64,000 nt of DNA from Octopus vulgaris (GCA_951406725.2 OX597823.1:116994001-117058000); one strand, 5' to 3'; positions 24,895-38,198 are shown, counted from the first letter of the stretch. Notes: generated from the sequence alone by a model not told the origin. Numbers and translations: made by a program.

Positions 24895-25420
24895 ACACCG
24901 CTTGCAAAGACCCGTTGAGGCAAGTAAAATTGAAGTTGAAATCAAATTCGATGACTGGCATCTGTGCTAGTGGAGCGCTAAGAACACCATCCGAGTGTGA
25001 TCGTTGCCAGAGCAGCTGACTGGCTTCCGTGCCAGTGGCACCTAAAAAGCACCATTCAAGCATGATCATTACCAGTGTCACCGTACTGGCACTTGTGCCG
25101 GTGTCACATGAAAAAACATTCGAGCGAGGTTGTTGCTAGTGCCGCTGCACTGGATCCTGTGCAGGTGGCACGTAAAAAACACCATTTGAGCATGGCCATT
25201 GCCAGTACCATCTGACTGGCCTTTGTGCTGGTGGCATGCAAAAGCACCCACTACACTCTTGGAGTGGTTGGCATTAGGAAGGGCATCCAGCTGTAGAAAC
25301 TCTGCCAGATCAGACTGGAGCCTGGTGCAGCCATCTGGTTCGCCAACCCACAGTCAAATCGTCCAACCCATGCTAGCACGGAAAGTGGACGTTAAATGAT
25401 GATGATGATGATGATGATGA
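24895..25420 (+). mobile_element. Family D SINE-like element with internal 'gtggcacgtaaaaagcacc'-like subrepeats and (GAT)n tail
   Basis: Well-preserved copy; 3' end shared with 14905, 57245 and 62380. Confidence 0.75.
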
Positions 25421-25429
25421 CACTCGTGC

Positions 25430-26330
25430 CACATATGACTTATCTTAATTAACAGATTTGGATAATTTCTCCATTTCTGTGAGAGATACATTGTCATTTT
25501 TTTACTAATATATTAAGTAGAATTTCTTCTCCCATTAGACTTTGACATTAATGTCTAGTTAATTAACTTTGACTTTCTTGTCTATGTGAATTAGCAAAGC
25601 TCAGAGGATGACTATTTTCTCAATTTTTGGTGTACACCTATTCCATCTCATTTCTGATGGTATTTCCTAATGCTGACAAAAGCTTCAGTAAATGTAAGTC
25701 TCTATTCTGTAATGTCTGGGAATATATTTTTCTTAGCTGAGATCGGCATCAAAACACATTACAGCTAATTGTTTCTTCCCATTTCCATATAATCAGCTTC
25801 GTTATGTGCTTTTGATAGTTTCTGATGGGAAGGTTTTCATCTTGTGCTGCACTCAAGAATCCTTCAGTTTTACCTTTTTCCATCTTGTATTTCTTGGCCT
25901 CAATTACAAATTTTATTCTCCACATCCACCCACTCATTTTATCCCCAGGTATTGGACATGCACTGGGTTTTCTTGCCATTCCTTTAGTATGACATATTGT
26001 ATGCTTGTTTTTTGTAGCTTTCTCACAATTTCTGTTATTGGTCCTAATTCTTCTTCATAACATTCTGTCATTTCAAACTTTGTTTTATATTCATTGGCTT
26101 CCTCCAAGACAGAAAACGCATTTCTAAATTTTTATTTCGTGTTTAATGGTTATCAGGGTTAATTTTTCGCCATTCTTTTATTGATATTTTTCTTGATCAT
26201 AGAATGAATACTTTATAATATTTTCCTGATTATATAAGGCCCCGATCTCCCTCTATTCAGGATAAATATTTCTTTTCTGTATCAGATACTAATTGATGTA
26301 ATCTAAAAGCAGTGTTTCTTGTATATCATT
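25430..26330 (-). pseudogene. Decayed R4/Dong-type LINE fragment
   Basis: KTEGFLSAAQDENLPIRNYQKHI matches the R4-clade 'ETEG(F/L)I.AAQDQ.L.TRNY' motif; GDRGL motif near 26240. Confidence 0.75.
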
Positions 26331-27600
26331 GATAGCACACCTTTGGAGTTCATCAACATGCCAGTATTGCTTGATATCATCTCAGCCTTTTTGGGCCCTT
26401 GTGGCCAACAGAAATATCATTATGACTCTTAACATTATTGTTGTTGTTGTTGTTGTTGTTCTCATCATCATCATATGTTTAATATTTTGTTTTGTATCAT
26501 TATTATTGTTTACAAATTTGAAAAAAGAATTTTGTAAAATTCACTTTTATGAAGCAATACAAGAACAGTTGAATAAATAAGGAGTAAAAACATATTTAAA
26601 ATATGTTTCCTGTACAATTTATGAGTATTTTTTTCCTTTATGATTTTGTTCTGTTATTTAAAGAAACCATTTTCATTGAAACTAAAGTCCTTCTCTTCTT
26701 TCCTGTATTAATTCTGACACAGAAATATACCAACATTTACATTGTGTCAGATATTTTTTACACCCAATAAAAAAATGCAACATAAAAAATACAAAAAATA
26801 AACAGATAAGTCTTTTACTTTTCTTCTCCAATATCTGCCAACTTTCAGAAATAAAACAAAACAATAAAACAGAAAATAGCTCTTAGATATTTCTGTGTCC
26901 ATTTATGAAAGGTATTTAATATGTAGGAAAACAGAGAAAATATATCATTTCTGTGTATATATGTCAATATTTCTGTGTTAAGTTTCCTTTTTCAAAATGT
27001 GTAAAACCTTTGAGAATAGAAAAGATATTTGCTTACAGCCAACCCTGATTCCGTTCATTGTATGGAGAATATGACAAAACTTTTAGGAAACATTCTCCAT
27101 CTTGTACTTCCTCCTTCATTTCCTTCTGATATTTTTTACGATATTCTTCATTTCTTCTTGTTGTTTCAGTGGGGAAGTGGTGGTGGTCGTGGTAGGGTAT
27201 ATTCAGCCACTCCCTACTCCTGTTTTCCGTGATTGTCTTTCTTTTCTACAACCACCTGTAATCAAATCTCTCCTGGTTTAAATTTGACAGCGCTGATCAT
27301 TCTAAAATTGGCTAACTTATATTTAGTTTAAACATTTTCTACATGATTTCCCTTTATTTGTATATAATCCTCCTCCTCCTCCCCTTCTTTTTCTACTTCT
27401 TCATTTTCTTCTTCTTCCTCCCCCTCCTTCTCCTCCTTCTTCTTCTTTACTGCCATCGTCATCGTAGTAGTAGTAGTAGTAGTAGTAGTATATTTGAGCA
27501 TGTTTTAGTAATCTTTGTGTACATTTATATAAATATTTTTCAAATTTCTAACATTTTAAAATTCTAAATAAACAAAACAAAAAAAAAGCAAATATGTGCT

Positions 27601-27948
27601 TACATGTGAGTGTGTGTGTATGTGTGCGTACATGTGAGTGTGTGTGTATGTGTGCGTACATGTGAGTGTGTCTGTATGTGTGCGTGCATGTGAGTGTGTC
27701 TGTATGTGTGCGTACATGTGAGTGTGTGTGTATGTGTGCGTACATGTGAGTGTGTGTGTATGTGTGCGTACATGTGAGTGTGTCTGTATGTGTGCGTGCA
27801 TGTGAGTGTGTCTGTATGTGTGCGTACATGTGAGTGTGTGTGTATGTGTGCGTACATGTGAGTGTGTCTGTATGTGTGCGTACATGTGTGTGTGTGTGTA
27901 TGTGTGCGTACATGTGAGTGTGTCTGTATGTGTGCGTACATGTGAGTG
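27601..27948. repeat. 28-bp minisatellite, about 12.5 copies (tacatgtgagtgtgtstgtatgtgtgcg)
   Basis: Directly visible. Confidence 0.92.
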
Positions 27949-28539
27949 TATACTGATAGAAAATTATTCACAGATACACCTTAACAAAACGGTGAAGAAC
28001 TTACTATGGTAACTTGGGAGGGCTTGTCACAAAAATGTCTGAATCTTTACAAAAGCTAGCAGAAAAATTATTACTATTATTATTATTATCATTATTATTA
28101 TTATTACTATTATTATTATTACAGTTGTTGTTGTTGTTATTTGCTGCTGTTTTCTCCTACAAAATTATCAAAAACTAATGCATGAAAAAAGGAAAACTTG
28201 ACATATTCCAGACTCCATAATATTTGTCTCTTCTGCTTTGTTATCTTCCTACGTTTCTTGCTTTCTTTTTCACAATATTGCTTTTGTGTGGCATTTACAT
28301 ATGTAGGTGCGTATGTATGTGAATGGGCCTTGTCACTCACATATGCATATACACACATAATTATACACATGCATGCTTCTATGCATGTGTCTGTGTGTGT
28401 ATATATATAGAGAGAGATAGAGATGTACATATATATATACACAGACATACATATGTATATGTAAATATATATATATAAACATATATATATATAAACATAC
28501 ATATACATTTACATACACATATTCACACATATTAGAATA

Positions 28540-28576
<37 letters not shown>

Positions 28577-29287
28577 ATACATATACATTTACATACACAT
28601 ATTCACACATATTAGAATAGGCATATATATATATATATACATGTATGGATGTATAAACATTTATTCATACACATGTCAATCTAGATTACTATTTTATCAT
28701 ATTATCATACACACACACATATATATATACATGTATATATATGCACACATGTATACATGTATGTGTGTGCGTGTGCAGACAGCAGACATTAAAATTATGA
28801 TGATGATGATGATGATGGTTGTGATGGTGATAGTGTAGTTATATAATATGATTTTCTAAGAAGTAAACTTCTGAAGTGTTCCACTTGGTATTATCTCAAC
28901 TGTGACATATAGTTATGATGAAATAGATTCATCATTTAAAAATTATTATACAAGGAGGTGTCACTGCTTGATGTTGTTTTATTTCTTTCATACTCTAATA
29001 TACATCCATATACACTATATGTTAGAAAGCAAGGTGTGTGGATAAATATATAAGCTTGTATGAGTTTGAGCACTTTAATATTTATGCATTTGACCTTAAC
29101 GCACTGTACGTGTGTGTATAGATAGAGAGATATGCATATTTGTGTGCCTATATGCATATGTATATATATATATGTGTGTGTGTGCGTGCGTGTAAGTAAA
29201 TATATGTATATAGATATGTGTATTCATTTGTGTATGCATACATACAAATATGCTGGTGTGTGTGCATATATTTATATATATATATAG

Positions 29288-29440
29288 GGAGAGTTTGCGG
29301 AAAAAACAAAAGACAAAGACAGGTGGTGTATAAAACAAACAGATGTATTAGTATAACACACAGGAATTGAAAAAGTCTTTTACTTTTCGAGCCTATGCTC
29401 TTCTACAGAAAAGGACACAGAAAAAAACAAGGAGAGGTAA
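29288..29440 (-). mobile_element. Probable PLE-terminus-type repeat, related to 6250-6380
   Basis: Similar to 6250-6380, abuts a TA tract, minus strand has a GAGC/GCTC hairpin followed by GAAA. Confidence 0.5.
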
Positions 29441-29545
29441 ATGTCAAATGATGAAAATGAGTGCTCAAACACCACAAGATATATATCTATGTGAGCATAT
29501 GCACATATACATGTCTGTGTGTGTGTGTGTGTGTGTATTTTGACT

Positions 29546-29546
<1 letters not shown>

Positions 29547-29626
<80 letters not shown>
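29547..29626. repeat. (GATA)n microsatellite
   Basis: Directly visible. Confidence 0.97.
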
Positions 29627-29627
<1 letters not shown>

Positions 29628-30854
29628 CATATTCACATGTGTTTTTTCACATGTATGCATATCTTTTACATGAATTTGAATATACAAATGTACACAAAAA
29701 TACACCATTATTCTTTTATGCTTCTAGTCATCATATTGTGGCCAATTTTTTGGCAGTATCTTCAAGGTTTAGTTATTAAGATGTTTTTCTCTTAATTTCA
29801 CCTTACTATCAAAGACTCACAAATGCCAAATTAACTGGGCATTAATTAATGAAATATTGTAAAACATTTCTCTTTGCCATTCCAAAGCAACAGACAAAGC
29901 ACCACTAATATCGCAAATATTTCTGAACCAAAACAACAAACAATTTAAGAGATGCACATTATCTTTAGAACCACAGAAACACACATATACAAAATCTTGA
30001 CACTCCAGTGGAAACGTTCCTAGTCAAAAGCCAGTTCATACAATGATTCTATTACAGAACAAAAATCAATGATGGAAGCAAGAGTTGGACTTTTCTCCAT
30101 TGCATGAGAGAATTCTTCACTTTCTTTGAAATGAATGTAAACTTGGTTAGTAAGATTTTCGTGATATCATGCGCTTCAGGACTGACTGACCAATGCAGTC
30201 CCATGTGGTACAATGTTGTAACAGAAGTTAAGACACTTTATCACAAATTGTATTCCTAAATTCCATTCTGAAACGCTAGTTTCTTAAGATCAAGTCTTCC
30301 TTTTTAAGTGCAAAACAACTTCAAACCAGTTCATCCATAAAACTTTGCTCAACTCAGAATCATCAAACCATTCTATAGAAATCTGTAAAAAGTATTTCAA
30401 AATTGTAAGCTTTTCCCTTGACACAGTTGGAATGTAGGATTGATGGAAGTAGCTTTGTGCCACATTGAAAGTTAAAGTAAGATAAAGGGACAGGAACAGG
30501 CGTAAGTAGAGCTAAATAAGAACTGCAGTTCTCGTTTAGTTTTGCCTACCAACTGAGATTGGTAAATGAATCTGGATTAAATTACTGTTATCCTTTGAAG
30601 ATCAGGTGTCTCAAGGTGATTGTGCAACTGTGCATGTAATAATTGCTGCACAAAACTCTAGAATAGGAAAGTAAAACATATGTTAAGATTACATAATTTA
30701 TGATGTTATAATAAAGTTTCTCTAAATCCCCTGTTTAACTTGTTCTCGGATATATATGTGGTTTGTGCGTGTATGTGTGCAAGATAATAAGATATATTTA
30801 GACAGATAGACAGACGACCAGTCAGACAGCCAGACAAATAGATAATGCAGATAG

Positions 30855-31154
30855 TCAAGGTACAGTTTCGTTTTTGGATTTGGTTTGCAAGATTCTTTAT
30901 GTGAATTCGTGTATTGAAGCATATTCTGTGGTTCTGGGCAGAGTCATTTTCTTTTTGTGCCTTATAATTTAACACACTCACCGGTCAACTTTCCACTTAT
31001 TCCTTATTGAGAGTCAAAACTATTGAAAAGGTTGCAAGATGCAACGAAAATTTTAGGAAAATAAAAATAAGGAATATGTGGAAATTTTAACGGTAAGTGT
31101 GTTACATTATAAGACACAAAAAGAAAATGACTCTCCCCAGACACAACAGAATAT
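30855..31154. mobile_element. Asymmetric inverted-repeat element (arms 30921-31008 / 31066-31154, tail ~30855-30920) with a degenerate hammerhead in the spacer
   Basis: Arms are diverged reverse complements; spacer reads cta-TTGAAAA-g gttgc aagat gcaac-GAAA-attt-tag; left boundary of the tail is approximate. Confidence 0.65.
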
Positions 31155-31277
31155 ATTTTATAGATTTATCCATAAATCTGTCAGGTTATTAAAAGTGTAA
31201 AATAAAGCTGGCATAGTAGGACATTACCAAATGTTATTGTGTAAATGTGTAAAATGATGTAATATACACGTAACTGT

Positions 31278-31710
31278 TCATTTAGTCTTGAAAATACCAT
31301 CATCCAAATAACTACCCCATAAGTATACTTGTAGCCTAAGCTTGGAGTTCTTTATTGCATCTCACACCATGTCTTGAATTCCTTGATGCGGAGAAGCTTT
31401 AAATTCCTCCTGCATGCACAGTTTGTTGACAAACACATTCTCATTGAAGAAGCACAAAAGGAAATAAACACGTGCTGAAATATTACGTAACCAAGCGCAG
31501 GCTATGGCCTGTCATTGTCCTGGGAAATGACATTCTCATTAAACATATCTTGAATGACATCCGTGAAAGCTCTTTCTCTCTGGTCAGTCGTAGCATCTTG
31601 TTGAGACCACATACGTCATGTATTAAATGTCAAATCGATTCAGTTCTGAGGAAAAGAAGAGATACAACATAAACACACAGAAAGACTAGAAGTCACTGTT
31701 ATGTTCCATA
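31278..31710 (-). pseudogene. Decayed Tc1/mariner-superfamily transposase C-terminal half
   Basis: NITVTS..MLYLFFSSEL / WSQQDATTDQRERAFTDVIQDMFNENVISQDNDRP*PA / NISARVYFLLCFFNENVFVNK..EEFK..LDDGIFKTK* aligns with WFQQDGAT.H..WP.RSPDL.P.DFFLWG.LK..V..N...HL..IIFK. Confidence 0.8.
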
Positions 31711-32233
31711 CATAAGTTTATATGGTAAGTGCTGCCTTCATTGACTCATACAACTTCTATTTGGAACAATTTTTACAAGTTTTCATTCACACCCATAATT
31801 CCTTATTAATGGTGTGCTGTTACTTGCAATGAAAAGTATATTTGTCTTGTCTCCTTTCGAGTGACACTAAAAATTTTGGTAATATCAACAGTATGGCATT
31901 GATTGATCTATTTATACAAATGTTTTTCTTTTTTTTTTTTAATTTCATTTTCACAGCTACTAACATCAGAAATTATATGTTCTTTCATAAAATTGAAATA
32001 TTTTCTCTCAGAATTTTCAGTGTGATGAAAGTAAAAATGCTTCAAATTTTTCTTTGGAATTCATTTTCAATTCTTAATGATTGTATTTAAAAAAAAAAAT
32101 GCAAGAGGTTAGGGTGTATTCAAATTGCCTTCTACGAGTAAAATTGCCTTCTACGAGTAGAATGATGTAGACACCTCTGATGAGAACCCAATAAGGTTCA
32201 AAAATTGATTAAGGTTGTTCATCACTTTCCATA

Positions 32234-32626
32234 GGCATGGGAGTGGCTGTGTGGTAAGTAGCTTGTTTACAAACCACATGATTCCGGGTTCAGTCCCACT
32301 GCATGGCACCTTGGGCAAGTGTCTTCTACTATAGCCTCGGGCCAACCAAAGCCTTATGAGTGGATTTGGTAGATGGAAACTGAAAGAAGCCCTTCTTATA
32401 TATATATGTGTGTGTGTGTGTATGTTCGTGTGTCTGTGTTTCTCCCCATAACATTGCTTAACGATTGATGTTGGTGTGTTTATGTCTCTGTAACTTAGTG
32501 GTTAGGCAAAAGAGACAGATAGAATAAGTACTAGGCTTACAAAGAATGTCCTGGGGTTGATTTGCTCAACTAAAGACGGTGCTCCAGCATGGCCACAGTC
32601 AAATGACTGAAACAAGTAAAAGAGTA
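32234..32626 (+). mobile_element. Full-length CORE-like SINE
   Basis: Close to 13058-13478. Confidence 0.88.
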
Positions 32627-32809
32627 CCCATCAGTCTGTATAGGAAATTTTAATTCAAACTAAATATAGGAACCAATAAAAGAAACTTTTACAAGAAAGG
32701 ATGTCAAAGCTTTGTGAGAAAGTTTGCATTGCAACCCAGGGTTGTGAGTGCAACTTCTCTGCAATGCACATTAGCAAAGACTTTCCATACTAGGGTTGAG
32801 CAATGCTTT

Positions 32810-33171
32810 TCTTCTACTGTAGGCATAAGATTTTGAATTTTGTTGGGTGGGGCTAGTCTATTTCATCAACCCCAGTGCTCATTTGGTATTATTTTTATTA
32901 ATCACAAAAGGACAAAAGGCGAAGTTGACTAGAGCAACATTTGAACTCAGAAATTAAAGATCACTGCCTTTTCTTGTAATTATAATAATAGTAGTTTCAA
33001 ATTACATCAACCCCAGTATTTCACTGGTACTTAATTCATCGACCCTGAAAGGATGAAAGGCAAAGTTGACCTCAGCAGAGTTTGAACTCAGAATGTAGTG
33101 ACAGACGAAATACTGGAAAGCATTTCATCCAACATGCTAACGATTCTGCCAGCTCACTGCCTTATGTAATT

Positions 33172-33227
<56 letters not shown>

Positions 33228-33448
33228 TTTTTCTACTAATGACACCAGTGCCTGAAATTTGGGGGAGTGTTGTTAGTCAATTACTTTGATCCCTATACTC
33301 AACTGGTATTTATTTTATCAACCCTGAAAGGATGAAAGGCAAAGTTGACCTCATCGGAATTTGAACTCAGACTGTAAAGACAGACGAAATACCACTAAGC
33401 ATTTTGTTCAGTGTTCTAATGATTCTGCCAGCTCACAACCCTATATAA

Positions 33449-33479
<31 letters not shown>

Positions 33480-33700
33480 AATAATAATAATCCTTTCTAC
33501 TATAGGCACAAGGCCTGAAATTTGGGGGAGGTGGGACATTCGATTAGATCAACCTCAGTATGCAACTGGTACTTAATTTATCAACCCCGAAAGGATGAAA
33601 GGCAAAGTCAACCTTGACGGAATTTGAACTCAGAACATAGTGACAGGCAAAATACCGCTAACCGCTTCATCCAGTGTGCTAACAATTCTACCAGCTCAGT
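32810..33700 (-). mobile_element. Array of four head-to-tail Nin/Deu SINE copies separated by (TAA)/(TGA) tracts
   Basis: Core 'gaaaggatgaaaggcaaagt..tttgaactcag' repeats at ~32910, 33050, 33330 and 33590. Confidence 0.8.
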
Positions 33701-33964
33701 AATAATAATAATAATAATAACAACAACATGTACATTGTTTTGTCTTGGTATAAAAGATGGGCTACAGCAAATATTCTTCTCAATACCACAGATTTGCTTG
33801 TCAGTTACTTGACCGTAACCAGTGGAGCATGTCCTTTGGTGGCTGACGATATGTGCATCTCTGATCACAACCATTTTTTTTTCCAAACAACTTCATTTTG
33901 AAAATGAACAATCTGGTGTCATTAGTTTAATGGCCTATCAATCTATACAGTGAGTTTCTGTGAA

Positions 33965-34300
33965 GGTTCATGGCTCAGTAATTAGAGTGTTGGGCCCAAA
34001 TCATGAGATAGTGAATTCGATTCCTGGACTGGGCTATGTGTTGTGTTCTTGAATAAGACACTTTGTTTCGTGTTGCTACAGTTTAATCAGCTGTAGAAAT
34101 GAGTTGTGACGTCACTGGTGCCAAGGTTTATCACCCTTTTTCTTTCCCTTGGATAACATTGGTGGCATGGAGAGGGGAGGCGACTGCATGGGTGACTGCT
34201 GCTCTTGGACAAACAACCTTGCCTAGACTTGTGCCTTTGGAGGGGAACTTTCTAAGTGGTGTCTCATTGTTATGCATGACCAAAGGAGTCTTTACCATTT
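33965..34300 (+). mobile_element. tRNA-derived SINE (family C variant)
   Basis: 'gtgttgtgttcttgaataagacact' core; homologous to 45870-46200 on minus. Confidence 0.7.
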
Positions 34301-34399
34301 GCCCTAGGAGCTAGGAAGACACTTGGCAAGAAATGAAAATAGAATTGAAAGAAGAAAAACTCATAATGATAATAATAATAGTAGTAATGATAATAATAT

Positions 34400-34940
34400 G
34401 TCCTGACACACTACCAGGCAGTGACTCTCTGATCTTAATTGATTGGAAGTGTTATCATGTACAGGTTTTGTCTTCATGTAAAATATGAGCTACAGTAAAT
34501 AGTCTGTTCAATACTGCAGATTTGCTTGTTAGTTGCTTGACCGTAACCAATTGAGCATGTCCTTTAGTGCCTGAAGATATGTGCATCTTTGATCACAAAC
34601 AGAAGTAATTGGGGCGCATCATGAAGCTATGTTTTTAGAGGGATTCTTTGAGGTTCGAATAATTCACCTTGGATACATGAGGGTTTTATTCATCATTCTT
34701 AACAACCCTTATTCAGGGACCTTTTCAGTAGATGGCTACTTGACCTGAAAGAAATTTTAACTGGACCCCAACTGCAACATCATGAACTGTTTGTCTTGAA
34801 ATGAGGTCACCGTGCCACCCACATATGGCTGTGATGCGTGTACTTAGTGTACCCTTATCAGATGGGTATTTAGATGGGCATATTGAGCTTTGTATATTTG
34901 CAATCCAACATCACTTCAATAGCATATGTTGCTCTCTTAC
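34400..34940 (+). mobile_element. Family E repeat ending in (TAA)n
   Basis: Reverse complement of 4598-5130 and 22905-23420. Confidence 0.7.
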
Positions 34941-36539
34941 ATAATAATAATAATAATAATACTGATAATAATAATGGCTCCCAACTTTGACACAAGACCA
35001 GTCGTTTTGAGAGAAAAGAGAAGTCAATGACATCAACTCCAGGACTTGACTGACTCTTATTTTATCTGTCCTAAAGGATGAAAGGCAAAGTTGAGCTTGG
35101 CAGAATTTGAACTCTGAATGTAAAGCCAGATGAAATGCATTAATGATTCTCCCAGCTCACCATAGAAATGATGATAACGATGATGGTGATGGTTGTAACA
35201 GTGACGATGATGATGATGATGTTGAAGAAGTCTATATTATATGACATTATTAAATCCAGGATTAGCCATTTTGCTGTATGACATTTCAGTGATTCTATAT
35301 ATCACTTTCTTACACAAAGAATTCTGTGTGGAATTATTCAAGTAAGAGAAATGGGGAGTTCTGATATATTTGCTTTTGCCATTTTTGATTTCTCTGTTTA
35401 AATATTCTAAACATCAACTTGACCTTTGTTCTTTCTAAGATTAATAAAAAAAACAAAAAAAACAAAACAAAACAAATTGCTACAATTACAATGTTGTATA
35501 GAAGTGCAGAATGACCCAAAGAAATGAACCACTATTTACAGTTCTTCTTGATGTTAATGTTGTTGTTGTCATGGTAAACTTTGTGTTAGTAGGCCTATGG
35601 CACAGAAGTAGCTAATCAAACACTTGTTGATGAGTCAATGATCAGCCAATTGTAGCCAAGACTAACAACTCCACAACTCAATAGTTTCTAGTTTCTTAGA
35701 TTTCTGAAGAGAATTAATCATGTTTGTTTTATTTGGTTGACATTTAGTGCCAAGTGCCATGGTAAAGTGATATATTCTCATTGAACCTAATTTGCAGGTC
35801 AAGTTCAATTATGTCTCTGAATTCTTTCATTTTTGCTGCAAATATAATCTGAAAAAAGACCATAAACATCACATCTTCCCATTTTGTCTCATTCCTGTAA
35901 ATACAAGGCTTGTAAGAAATCATTTTTACCTAAAGCAGAATGGGTAACAGACATAGAAGAAAGCCAGATTAGAATCTTTGTTCTATTCAAATTTCAACAA
36001 CTTGTCTGTTTTGGGTTCAAGTTCTGCCAGGCTTGTTTGTATTTCAATTAATTATAAATTCAATCCCCCAACAAAATGATTTTTGTCATATAATTAGATG
36101 AAATCATTATTAAATATTCTTTAATTAAGGTATTGTTGTCTAAAATTCTTCACAAAGTATCGAAGATATGGCAGAAATATATTCTTGTTGTAGTTGCTAG
36201 TCATTGTCTTTTATTCCTACCTGATAAAATTCTATTCTATAGTACATGCTAGGAAATACTCCACCACTTAAAAACTATCAATTGCTTTTGAACTTCTTGC
36301 ATTTCCCTCTGAGCCAAAGATAAAATAATAGGTACGTCCCCTACATGGTTCTTTGAAGCATCATACTTCCATTCTATTGTGTTGTCATAGATACACAATG
36401 TCCAAATGACAGACAAGATCGTCACAGCTGGAACATCGGCTTGATCAGAGCAGGTTGATTAAACAATTGTCTTAGTATAAATTTTTCCTTGTAATCTATC
36501 AAACAGCTTGAAATGTTAAAATTTTACAATGATTTCGTT

Positions 36540-37790
36540 TACCAAGATAAAGGTTTGCAGATAAAGGACGGAATGAAACCTAGTCTGGAGGAGTCAAACC
36601 CAATGTACTACTTGTTCTTACTTTAGTTCTCTGTGTTATAAGAGAAGAGTTTAAAACTATCTGTCCATAGCAACTTGTGTATGAGGATGACTTAGTTCTA
36701 ATGGCAAAATCTGTCAAAGATTTAGGAAAAAAAAATTCCAAAAGTAGTTGCCAAATCTAGAATAAGATGTGAAAGTAAATCTAGTGAAAACTAAATTCTT
36801 AGTTGATTGGAAAGAAGAAAGGACTCTTCAGTCAATGTGGAAGTGGCAAGCATAATATGCAGAAAAGCAGTTGGCAGAAAATCCATATGGGGTGCCCAGT
36901 GTAAACTATGAATGCACAAGTGGTATAGTGAGATTAGAGGATATTGTGGGATTACAGGATATTGTGGGATTACAGGATATTGTGGGATTACAGGATATTG
37001 TGGGATTACAGGATATTGTGGGATTACAGGATATTGTGGGATTGCAGGATATTGTGGGATTGCAGGATATTGTGGGATTGCAGGATATTGTGGGATTGCA
37101 GGATATTGTGGGATTGCAGGATATTGTGGGATTACAGGATATTGTGGGATTGCAGGATATTGTGGGATTGCAGGAAGGCTGACAGGGGAAATGGGTTTCA
37201 TATATAGCTAATGAACAGGAGGAGTTAGTAAGCTAAATTTATACAAGATAAATTCCTGCAAATGCTTACCAATCTCCCCAGAAGTAGTTGAAAACTTTTG
37301 TTTCGCAGGTAATGTAATTAGATATGGAAGTGAGCATTCTGAAATTGCCATAATTACCAGAGCAATAATAGAGTGGAAAAAAGTTCAAGGTGCAATTACC
37401 CCTGGAGGCAACAAATGATTTCTCTTGTGAATGAAGTGCAATGCTGCATGGTAATGAGATGCTAGCCTTGAATACAGAGAGATTCTGAAGAATAAAAAGA
37501 CATGAGGTCAGCATGTTCCCCTGGGTCTAAAACGTTAGTGTGAATGAATGGCAGAGCACAGATGAGCTGAGAAGAAGAAGAAGATTGGGTGTAAGAGGAA
37601 TCATGTGTCATGTTCAAGACTAAACTGGTATAGACATGCAAAACATATGAAAGAAGATGAAGTAAAGAAGAACCAAATAATTCAAGAGGGAAGAACTTGT
37701 AGAAGAGGAGGACAAGAGAAGCTATGAGGTTTGTGATTCCAAGAGGCTAAACCTCATAAAGGAGATGACAAGGAACTAGCAATGAAGCTA
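36540..37790 (+). pseudogene. Decayed RTE-clade LINE (RT, Cys-rich insert, C-terminus)
   Basis: VIREEFKTICP*QLVYEDDLVLMA (YADD motif), [26 protein letters not shown] (WYGHV.RM). Confidence 0.78.
36939..37172. repeat. 18-bp minisatellite, 13 copies (ggatattgtgggattrca)
   Basis: Directly visible; two variants. Confidence 0.97.
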
Positions 37791-37983
37791 AGCTGTTAAG
37801 TTACACAGCATTTGACAAAGTGCATTTCAAGAATGGAGGATCATTACAGGCACAGGACTGTGCTTTACTGCAAACCCTGATTGAGCTGCATCAAAGGAAT
37901 AATGCTAAAACTGTCTGGAAAACGTTTATTTCATGCCTATTACATTGACCATTACCAGTGATCTAATATAACCTTCGATCAAA

Positions 37984-38198
37984 GGCAGCGAGCTGGAAGA
38001 ACCGTTAGCATGCTGGGCGAAATGCTTAGCGGTATTTTGTCTGTCTTTACATTCTGAGTTCAAATTCTCCCAAGGTCGACTTTGCCTTTCATCCTTTCAG
38101 GGGTCAATAAATTAAGTACCAGTTGCATACTAGGGTCGATCTAATCAACTGGCCCCCTCCCCCAAAATTTCCGGCCTTGTGCCTAGAGTAGAAAAGAA
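37984..38198 (+). mobile_element. Full-length Nin/Deu-domain SINE
   Basis: ggcagcgagctgg..ttctgagttcaaattc..gactttgcctttcatcc..taagtaccag. Confidence 0.85.

Noticed and set aside
28490-28625. Short direct duplication next to TA tracts
   Set aside because: Ordinary slippage duplication.
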